37,616 nucleotides of DNA from the NCBI GenBank assembly GCA_001724265.1, contig MEDY01000062.1, positions 62,001-99,616 on the forward strand, read 5' to 3'. Made by a program: the position numbers and the translations under genes. This stretch comes from Rhizaria sp. SCN 62-66. Lineage: Eukaryota. This document shows positions 9,978-20,300 of this stretch, in pieces; positions within the stretch are counted from its first letter, which is position 1; every line of letters starts with the position of its first letter. The notes under the pieces were generated by a model that saw nothing but the letters and a program-made list of their open reading frames with translations, had not been told where the DNA came from and did no database searches.

Positions 9978-11878
9978 ATGTTAGACATTTCATTCGCTCT
10001 CATTAACACCCCAAATCCCAAGACTCCGCCAAACATCATTCGAGCTATTCTTTCTGTTCTCACAAATGTCGCAATACTCAACATCACCCGGGGCACGTGT
10101 AGCCCTAACTTAGTGATATTTCTAACACTTGCGGCAGCGTGCGTTTTTTACTTCTGGACAACGTCATATGTGGGCATTTCTTGCCTGACTTCTGAGTCAG
10201 CGGGCGAATCGGTACGATACATGCACCTTTCATATTTCGCGTCATGTACCACATTTTTGACACCCGACATAGTTCCTCACATACCACAGGAATTATGTTT
10301 ATTCTAATTTCCAGTCTGAGTTTGGCGGCGTGTGTATGATCTATCGGCTGTCCCCCGCCGCCCAGAACCACGCCCTCGTGCGCGCTCTCATGCCCTGCCC
10401 CGACGCCATCGGGGGCTTGTTTGACTCACACAGCGCTTCCGGCAGCGCCGCGTGCATCCAGGCCTTCCCCATGAAGTACTTCCGCAAGACGCTGCTGACG
10501 ATTGTCAAGAGTAAGAAGTCGTCTAACGAGCTGCGGCGGGTCTCTGTACTGCTCGACTTAGACACATACGAACAAGACCGCGTTAAAATGTACGTTTATG
10601 CCTCGCAGTCGCGGTGAACTGCACACGAAAAGATCGGATTGAAGTCCGACTACACAGGTTATGTGATATTAATTCTCACGTGTCTTGTTGAACTCTTGAT
10701 TTAGCCCGCTTACTGCCCCCGCGGACCTCGCACACCTCGACGCGCTGCGCACAATGTCCACTCTGCGCGCTCCAGAGAGCTGGATCTCGATCTCGTTCAG
10801 CTCCGGCGACGAGGCCTCGGCCTTTGCGACGGCACTGACCGAGGGCATTGACTCGCTGCGACAGGATCCGGCGCGCGCGCTGTTTGAGTTTGCCAGTCAG
10901 CGCGGGCGCTTCCGTGACCTGATGCCGCTGGGCCTGGCTGCGCTCGCCGTCTTGGCCGCATTCATGATGGCGCACATGAAGCGGCTTACCTTCTGCTCCG
11001 ACGACGACACGGTGAGCGTGGTTGTGGACGCTATGTTGCGTACGCTGAGCGAGCAGACGCTGCCGCTGCGCACGATCGAGCGCGTCGAGATAATTGGTAA
11101 GTTTAGACTATCTACGCCCACACCTCCTCATTTGTCCCATCTTGATTTGATCAGCCTTCGTTTTATTGTTGTATGTATTCGTGTATCTCCGCGGAATATA
11201 AAAAAGCTCACGTCACATCGAACTTTTCTTTGCAAACACTTGATTTGGTGACAGAAAATGTCAACAAGAAGAAGAAATCAACGTATTATCTCGCGCTTAT
11301 TTTCCGCCCCGACCCCGGCGACACCACTGTCGCCTCACTCAACGGCATCAAGCCGTACCGTGGCCCCACTGCTTCTCTTCCGTATATTGCCACGGATAGC
11401 TTGTTCGCATTGCCGCTGATGGACAACACGCAGTACCGCCACCGGCTTGTTACCGTCGCGGCGCGGCTGCAGTCGTGGCTGGCTCAGGCCGCGGCGCTGC
11501 GACGCGAGCGCGAATGGGAGCGCGCGCTGGCGGCCGGGGAGATTATTGCAACTGCTGCGGACTCTGTTGGCGGCGGGCGCTGTGTTGGGTGCGAGTCGAC
11601 CGAGGTGACGATGCTGTTCCTGCCGTGTCGCCACCTCATTACGTGTCATAGGTGCGTTATGTTTCGTCACTGTCACGCACACTTTCTTGCGGTTCATCGA
11701 CAGTTTTAAACGCTCTTACCCGTTTTTTTTTCCCCTGCCTTCTGATGCTCATATTCTTTATATTGCAATTATCATTTCTTTTTCCTTTCTGTTTCGTATC
11801 TGTAGTTGTTCGACAAAGTTTGATGTATGTCCAGCGTGCCAGCGCAAGATTGACAGTCGTTTGACGCTGTATACTTAA
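9978..11878 (+). CDS. Membrane-anchored C3HC4 RING-finger protein (putative E3 ligase), 5 exons, ~456 aa; start codon uncertain
   Basis: Exons 9978-10211, 10315-10589, 10705-11096, 11255-11651 and 11806-11878 join in phase (1371 nt). Splicing rebuilds CVGC-ESTEVTMLFLP-CRH-LITCHSC-STKFDV-CPAC-QRKIDSRLTLYT*, an IAP/MUL1-type C-terminal RING. Two hydrophobic segments (LVIFLTLAAACVFYFW; LMPLGLAALAVLAAFMM). Stop TAA. Confidence 0.8.
10212..10314 (+). other. Spliceosomal intron 1 of RING gene (103 nt)
   Basis: GTACGA...TTCTAATTTCCAG, AT-rich, phase 0, joins two open frames. Confidence 0.7.
10590..10704 (+). other. Spliceosomal intron 2 of RING gene (115 nt)
   Basis: GTACGT...CTTGATTTAG, phase 2, restores the frame into ORF 10754. 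Confidence 0.8.
11097..11254 (+). other. Spliceosomal intron 3 of RING gene (158 nt)
   Basis: GTAAGT...GGTGACAG, phase 1, AT-rich. Confidence 0.8.
11652..11805 (+). other. Spliceosomal intron 4 of RING gene (154 nt)
   Basis: GTGCGT...T-rich tract...CTGTAG, phase 2. Removal completes the RING motif. Confidence 0.9.
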
Positions 11879-12134
11879 CCAATTTATCACATTCAACAAA
11901 CCAACAAAATACGAACGAATTTTAGGTTTACTTAGTTTTCGAATCGACATACATAATCTGATCCGCATCCAACATACAAATCCTGTGTTATTCATTAATC
12001 ATTTGAATGCATGGATGCATGTTCGTTCCAAGAAGCGCATATTAGAATCTGTTCAGGCTCACGACATGGCCACGGGACTGTAAAGCGCACGGCGCAACGC
12101 AAGCTTTGTCACACCAACCTAGTACGCACACGGC

Positions 12135-13874
12135 TTAACGCTTCAAGAGTTGGCCAAATGGAGACCCGGCGCATACGGTTGCGTCCAACACACCGATGAA
12201 TTGCAAAAGACGAACAAGTGCGGAGTGCGCGGCGCCCATATCGCTACTCATAAAGCAGTCGTGCATGTCTACAAGCAAATCCGACCCGCCAGCGGCCACA
12301 AATGCCGCTGCGACAGGGTTCCATGAGGTTGCACCCTTAGGCACATTACGGTCTGGCACAGTGCCTGCGAGCACGATCATCGACCACATCACCAGCAACG
12401 TCTTCGCAAACCCATCGCCAGTCATATAGACGACGCCGCCGTTCGATGAAGAAACTCGCGGCAACAGCGCGAGTGCGCGGAGAAGAATCTGCACAACCTT
12501 GCGCTCAAGCAACAACGAGACAAGATCGGCAGCTTCCATGGGCGAAATTGTCACTGTGTAGACATCGTCAGAGTCATCGCCGTTCTTGTCGCAATTGGTC
12601 AAAACAGTTGATTTTGTACACATCCCCAGTAGCGCTGCCAAAAGTGACAGCATGCCAGTGTGCGCGGGCCTGCTCAACAGCTTACCGTTTGTCATGGTCG
12701 GCAGCAAAGAGCGTAAAATATAGTCCAATGTGCCACTTTCAAGAAACCACCGCACGTTCCCAGACCCTGCACGCGCTGCAATCGCATATACCGCCATCCA
12801 GTCTTCTAAAAATGAGCTATCGATGTTTCCAGAGACGAATGCCGCATTTTCAAGCGCTGCAAGGCGATTTGCAGTGAAAATCTCTGCGAGTGTAGCAGGT
12901 GGCAATAGCTCGGCGGAGCTTAAAAGTTTCAACAGGGGCCGGCGCGGAAACATATCATCGATAAGCAGTCGCAAAATTCGGTCAAACGTGTCACACTCCG
13001 CAAATTCAGCCAGTGCGGCGAGACGCGCCTCCATGTCAGTTGCTCTTGGGGAGACACTGCACTTCCCTCTGGCTTCGGAAGTGGGATCATCAAGGTCGTC
13101 GAGACCACCTTGCTGTTTTCTACAAACTGCATCTGCATTAGCTGTAAAAATGTCCCTAAGCGCCTCCATGCAGAGCGCTGATAGCTCTGAGTGGACCCAT
13201 CCTTGGGCTTCGGAGTCGTAGTGCAACAACGTAAGAGTTAGCGTTTCCTTCAGCACCAACAGCGCGGGCACCAACAGTGCCCACGGCAGCGCCGGCGCTT
13301 TATGCACCCACGCAGATATCGTTTTCAACGTCTGGCGATGCAGCTTGTGCAACTCTGCGGGCGCAAACCTCTCACTCACGTTTTCTGCTGCGTCCGCGCC
13401 CTAGGAGGAGAGTAAGTTGAGCTCATGAAGAAAGGCGCTGAGCATGTCAATAACGCCGTTCTCGGCTGCGTCAAGCAACTGCTGGCCTGGAGACAACGCA
13501 AAATGCAGAAGTACATCCAATGCGCGCATGATCGTTTTACACTCCCAGTTCCCGTTCACAATATTCTCACAGATCATCACAGGAAGGCCGGCAGCTGCAA
13601 GTGCATTAGATCCCTCAGTCGTATATGAGATGTTGATCATTACACGCAGTGCGGACGCCATGCGATTCAGATCATTTTGCGCACAATAGTATGCAAAATA
13701 TGCGCTGATGGCGTCTACTACATCGTGCATCATGCATATTTTGACAAGTTTGCGTTGGAGGAAAGCGCTCACACCGAAGAACACTTCTTCCAGTTCCATC
13801 ACGCCATCGTTCTCTGAAGCCAAGCTCTATAGCTCCGATAATGCAGAGAAAAAACCTTCATGCGTGAACGGCAT
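12135..13874 (-). CDS. Armadillo/HEAT-like alpha-helical repeat protein, ~579 aa, with in-frame TAG at 13401-13403 and (if the ATG at 13874 is used) at 13827-13829
   Basis: ORFs 13401..13823 and 12135..13379 are in frame and joined by TAG-GADAAEN. Upstream the frame reads MPFTHEGFFSALSEL*SLASEND from ATG 13874. ARM-like motifs: ALRVMINIS...NALAAAGLPVMI, AAENGVIDML, FLESGTLDYIL, FVAAGGSDLLVDM. Stop TAA. Confidence 0.65.
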
Positions 13875-14368
13875 GTCAATACACACTTGGCGACACAACT
13901 TATTACTCTTGGAAACGTTGTCTCAGGCAGTGAGCGGTTGGAAACGACACAATTATCGACCAGTGGGTATGAGTCCAACTTTGAGAGTGCAGTAGTGGCA
14001 TCAAAATCTGTACAGGTGAGATATTATTATTAAAGAGAAAAGGATGTCTATACATTTTACGCAACGATCACTCGTTTCGAATAAACGATATCAGCATGTC
14101 GTGCATCGGTGCTGAATAATCTGTCAATCAAATCGTGACCGCTTTGAGTAATGCAAAATGTCGTTCGTGGTTGTAACAGTTGTTGACATCTAAACATAAC
14201 ATCTAAACATACAAAAGAGTCCGCGGGTTTGTCCGTGTTCGGATATATGTGCGAGCGTCGTTGCGTGCGCAAGCCGTGTACAAACTAGTATTAGGCTAAT
14301 GATACCATGTATTGTCAATAAGGACAAACGATTATAATAAACATGTAGACTGTGAAACATAAAACCTA

Positions 14369-17300
14369 TTAATCTCCAAGCAATGCGCCTGCAGCGTGCC
14401 TCTTACCTTCAAGTGCTGCAGCTGACTCCGCGGCAACGGCTGGCACGAGCGCGGCAGCCAATTCTTGAACACGATCCATGGCTGCGTGCAGCTCTACGGC
14501 GTGCACAGCCACGTGCTCACCACGCCTGCTCCGCAAAAGAGCGCTCAGCCGGCACATTTCATTCTCGATTCCTGCGGTTGCGCGTTGCAACGCGGTTAGC
14601 TTAGACCGTAGTGCAGCTTCGTCGGCCTCTGCGGCTGCCGCGGCCTTCGCAACGTCAAGGGGACCTGTCGATTGATCGGACTCGACTGATGCAGAGAGTT
14701 CGTGGACTGCAAGTGCAGCCTGCTTCTCATTCCATGCAAGCGCCAGCGCCGCCTCAATGGCACGTTCCTGGTCCTGCAGCTGTCGCTCATCCTCCAGCTC
14801 CGCAGCACTCATGGCGACGTCGCCGTAAAGAGGCCGTCCATAAGCCGCTGCAACGGCAGCAGCATCTGCAGCAGCGTCAGCGCCAAGTTCTGCCACCACA
14901 GCATCTACATCGGCATCACTAGGCGTTACGTCCTTTGGTGTGGGGGACGGTAGTGCAGCCCAAAGCAGACGACGAACGACGCGCGAAAGCGAGTCCCAAA
15001 CAGAGGCCTCCTGTTCAGTTGCCAGGCCGCGCGAGAGCATTTCCGCAGACGTTGCCGGCGCAGCCGCTGCTGTCGAGGAAACACCACGGTCGCGTAGAGC
15101 AACGCTATCCGGGTCATCTTTAGCAAGCAGCGGTGCCTTGTGAGGCTCCCCTTCAACCACAGCAACAAACTGACGGACGTGGTCAATGTTACCTGCAGTG
15201 CGGCGAACGATAGTCCATTGCTTCGCTTCACGTTGCAGTTGAGGCAAAGCAGTGCGCATCTCGGCCTTGGCCTGCAAAAGTGCGGCCTTCTCAGCCGCGG
15301 CGGCGCGCAGTGATGCAGCAGCGGTGCGGGCAGCAGCGCTCGCAGATTCGGCGTCGCGGCGCAGTGACAGCACTGTCAGCATGAGCGAGGGCAGCGTCCG
15401 CGCCCAGGGGGAGCAGAGAGCCTGGCGCAGGGATGCAGCATTGCCACTTTGTCCATCGTCAGAAGCACTGCCGTTGACCGTACTGCGCGCGACAAAAGAA
15501 GCGACCCCGGGAGCAGCAAGGGATGATACGGTAATAGAAGCCAATGCAGAACTGACGCGCACACTTTCACCAGAAAGCGCGGGCACGGAACCTGCAAGGG
15601 GCAAATGCACTCGTGCGCGCTCAGCCCGAACGGCAGCAACACGGTGTGAAGCAAGAGTGGCCGTTGTAGTGTGCGTGTGTGACAGTGCAATCACATGTGC
15701 TGCAGTGTCATTAGTAGCGGCCTCCTCATCGGCACGTAAAGCAAAAACCGTGCGTTCCGTAATCCGACGCACATGCGCGCGGAAAGAAGCCTCCACTGCC
15801 GCAGTAGACGCTGTGCTTGGTGTCGACGGTACAGCGCCCGGGCTAGTCGGAGCAATCGTAACAAGTGCAGTTGCAGCAACTGAGGCAGGATACATGGGGG
15901 TAGCCAGCCGTGATGCCGCAGAAGCTGCAGCAGCAGCAGCGGTGCCCGGACGCGACATCAGCGGGTGCGTTGCGCCTAGAGGCACATCAGTCAGTAAAGC
16001 TGCTAGCTGTGCTGCGAAACGACTCTGCACCGCAGTTTCATCGCCTGGTGTAGCTGCGTCGGCAGTCTTCGAAGATGAGGCTGAGAGTGGGGCCAACATT
16101 GCGCCTAACGCGCGCGCTAAGCCTGGGAAAGCTGCATCAACAGCGGTGAGACCCGAACCAACTTCAGCAGCAGCTGCCGCCTGCTGTCGCATCCCACCCG
16201 CGTTGATGACGCCGCGGGATCGCGGACGCGGTGCGCCCCCGCTGCTGGGGCGCATCGGAACACCGAAGGCATGCTCACCTGTCAGAGTTGCCGTCGCCAC
16301 ACCAGCACGCAGTAGCTGTTGAACAACCATAGCTGTGCGAGGCGACATGACACTAAGTGGCGCGCGTGAAGTGACCGCTAGTCCCGTGTCGGCGCTCCCA
16401 TCGGTGGGCAGACCTTCGGTAGAGTTCGTAGCTGCGTAGTCAAGGACGCGATTCACCGTCGCCTGCGCCGCATTGTTGACAGTGCGCTCAAGTTCCACTA
16501 GCGCAGTCGCCGCAGCAGCACGGAGCTCGCGCTGTGCGGCGCGGGCACCACGGAGTCGGTCGTGCCAGCGCGCTGCAGCCGCGCGCGCAGTGTCATCCGC
16601 GGCAGTGAACGACGCTGAGGTCGCAACGCGCAAAAGCGGACCAACGGTCAAGTCGCGCAGCGCGAGCGGGTACAAGTAGCCTCGAGTGCTCGAAGAGCCA
16701 GCAGCTAATGCTGCTGCAGCGCCAGGGAAGCCTAACACCTTATGAAGAGCAGCGGTCGATTGTACTGCAAAGTAGGATGACGCTGCTGCCTCAGCAGTTG
16801 CAGCAGCATATTCCGCGGCACCGCGGCGCAAGAGTGCCTTGGTAAGACGCACCGTGGGATGCGCAGGACTGAGCGTCGGATGAGTATTGTCAGCTGCAGG
16901 AAAAGCGAAGAGTGGAATCGTGGGCGCAATCGCTTGTGTGCGTGCGTGCGTGGTCGAGACGAGGCGCGCAAAACGAAGAAGAGAACGGGTGAACGCAGCT
17001 TTCGAGAGGGCGACCCACTCAACAGGATCAGTCGCGGATGCCAGGTGCGGTGTGCGCAACAACGCGGCCACCGTCATGGTTCCCGCGTCAGCTGCTGCAA
17101 GCGCAAGCTCAACAGCAGACACATCAGTTGCAGAATCTGCACGAGCAAGTGGAATAGAGGAAGCTGCAGTCAGCATCGTGACTAAGGCTGAACTCGGGGC
17201 AGCGGCGCGCGCGGCAGCAGGAGCAAGTGCACCGGACAAGGAGACGCGACTCAGAGTGGCCAGTGCCGCTGATGCTGCCTCAAGGGCAGCCATGTATGAC

Positions 17301-20300
17301 GCAATCAGGCTTGAGTCGATTGAGCGTAACAGCGTCGCAGCCAATGGTCCCGAATCACCTTGTGAGTATGCCGAAGTAGTCAGTGACGTGGGGCCAACTG
17401 CATGCAACACATCCGGCTGTGGTAAAGCGCCGAGAACTAGCATCGCGGACACAGCGATCAGCGGTAATGGCGGGCTTGTCCGGCTCTGGGTGGCCATACG
17501 TGTCGCACGTCGCAGTGCCTCGCTAGCTGCGATATCAAGATCTGTACCACATGCGGCCGATACAGCCTGGATGACTGTAGGCGCCACCGAAAAAACGGAT
17601 ATCGACATGGCCGACGAGGATGGCGTTGCAGTGTCTAAAAACCGCGATGCCCAAGAATTTTGCGCACGAGCTAAGACTGATGTACCAACGCTAGCTGGTT
17701 GAGCCCGCAATACAGGACGTGATGCTTGAATGGCTTTCGCGGTCGCTTCACAATTCGAAGTGGATGCAGAGACATATGTCCACGTGCGTCCGTAAAGGGA
17801 CAACAGAGAAGATGAAGCACCAGCTGTAACTGCAACAGGAAGCACTGACCCAGGTGCGCAAGACGCAACCATTGCCTGCGTGTCTAGCTCACCAAGATCA
17901 ACACCCTGAGCAGCACTGGAGAGAGCGGCAGCCGCTGCGTTGGGAGGATACGGTGTCACCCAGCTGCCCTTAGCGGGTGCTGTTGCTGCAACTCCAGCAG
18001 TAATACCACTCGGTGCACTGCCAGGTGCTGCCACTGCTGACGCAGCTAATAATGTAGCAAGCTCTGGGGTCACGACAGCAGGACCCGTAAGCACAGGCAT
18101 TGCGTCGGCGACCCAACCCCATGCGTCTCCTGAAGATGTGGCATGAGCGAGTACGAGAGCCTCTAGTGCTGCACGAGAAACTGCAACAGGCGCAGGTGCA
18201 TGTGACGACCCTGCGGCGGCAGGAAGTGCAAATGAGTGCGTGTGTAAACGCAGCGTAAAGGATGACTGCGTCACGGATAACAGCGAAAAGAGTGGGGGTG
18301 TGAGGGAGAGCCAGTTGCGCGATTGCAATCGGGGTGCAAGCGCCTTTGCGAGAGCATCACCATCGTTCGTGCAAGTGGGCACAGCAAGCGGTCGCAGCAC
18401 CGCAGCAAGTGCACCTTCCGTTGTAGAAAGACGGGACAGTTGCACTGCTTTGCCGCCCGCAACAGCCGCGGAGCGAGAGCGAAGCGCATAGTGATAAACG
18501 GCAGCTACAGCGCGGGGAGGGATAGGAGCGGAGGCGCGCGGACACAGAATTGCCGTCAGCGAGCATAGCTCCACGCCACCGCCATGGCTGACAGGCACGA
18601 CAGCGGCAGATAGGGGGAGTGGTTTCGTGTTGCAGTGCAGCGGAAACCAAGGACCAGTTGCAAAACCAGCACTTGCAGACAGCTGAGCACCACGGTTTAC
18701 CATGGGAGCCGCAAGTGCATTTGAGTAGACATGCGGCGACACTCCAGTAGCAAGCATAACTGCGTGGTTGTGCGTGGGCGTGGCTGCTGCCGCACGCAAC
18801 AGAAGTGGGGCAAAATAAGGCATGTTACGCCACATTGAGAGAGCTGCAGCAGCCGCAGCAGCGGCACCAGATGGAGCGGTTTCAGATGTCGACGCGCGAT
18901 GAAGCAACGACAAGAGAGTGCCTAGAGCAGCAGCGCTTTGGTTCCCAGCCCCACCAGACGAGCTACTAAAACTGGATGCGACACCTGAGCCAACCCTGCG
19001 CTGTTGAGCGCGAGAGCGCAAGCCACGGCTGGAGTCTTCCTCATCATCGTCTGGGTCAGCACCAGCCACAGTAGCCGCAGCTGCAAGCATGCCAGCAGCA
19101 GTTGCTGCGGTTTCATGTCCAAGTGCGGCAGAAAGCGCGGACAGTGCAGCCCGAACAGCTAGCTCGAGCGCGGCCGCCTGTGCGCCAGCGGGACCACAAG
19201 AGCGTGGGTGTACGAGCGACAGCGGAGGCGTCGCAGACATCGTTCCAGCGCCCATTACTATCCCCGCAGACCCGGCGGCCTTGCCTGCAACGGCAACGCT
19301 GACATCAGCAGCGGCTGCACCAGTCAAGTCGCTTGGTGATACTAACGAGCCCCATGCCGCAACCGTCACAGCGCACGCACGTACCTCAGCCTCGACAGCT
19401 GCCATCGCGCGCACAACATGTTTCGCTAATGCGCGCGCGCCTGCGGGCCCTGCCGATGCGGTCACGACATCTGGCAAACTCGCGAGGGCCATCATGTACG
19501 CAGCGTTTGGCGCCCAGCCGGGCGTCGCGGCGGATGACGCGAATGAGCAACGGGTTGTCGTCGCAAGTGCGCCTTCGGGGTGTGCACCAGGGGCAGCAGA
19601 GGCGCCCATAAGCCCGCCAGACGAACCGGTGCCGAGAGCACCGGCCCCAAGAACCGCGAGTGCAGACCCCGCGGGCAGCAAGCCGATACCGGCGCAAAGG
19701 TTGTGCGTGAGTGCTGCGAATGGCGATGTTGCGTCGCCGGTGCCACCACCGCCAGCGGCAAGAGCCCAGACAGTCGACACGGCACCGGCAGCGCCGCCAT
19801 TGACGCCGGAGCCGAGAGAGCTGGCACCGGACTCAGCGGCCACGGTGCCAGCGCCAGCAGCGGAGGCGAGCAGCGCACCTGCTCCAGCACCACCGCGTGT
19901 GATGATGTACAGTGAGTCGACGTCCGCCGTTGCAGGTAGCGCGGCGGACAGCGACGGTGGTAGTACGGCCAAGAGCGGTTCAATAGCGGCAGCGCTGAGT
20001 CGCATCGCGGTCAGCGAGCTCCCGACGGCAACTAGTAAGCGTTCGTGTGCTGCAGAGCCAGAATTTGCAGAGTTGCGTTGGCGCGTTACTGTCTCCATAG
20101 CGGGTGTACCCGCGTTGTTGCCGAGTCGCAACATTGCTGCCGTGCGGTTGCGGGGATTTGTTGTGGAGCCCGGGCCGGGCGACAACGGCAGAATAGGCCG
20201 CAATGGGGATAAGGACCGGCGCGAGGACGGAGACAGCGATGGAGACGTTTCACCTTCGGCCTGCTTGTTATTCGGCGCTGCAGCCGGTGCAGCGGATGTA

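Noticed and set aside
9696-10371. Minus-strand ORFs 9696..9944, 9797..10096, 10105..10371
   Set aside because: Short, AT-rich, with no recognisable motifs. Reading through the TAG at 9696 adds only a few codons.
14186-14211. ACATCTAAACATA x2 tandem duplication
   Set aside because: Simple slippage duplication in AT-rich intergenic DNA, with no further structure.
14366-14371. TAA followed directly by TAG at the end of the giant gene (tandem stop)
   Set aside because: TAA comes first and terminates, so a single following TAG says nothing about TAG function.
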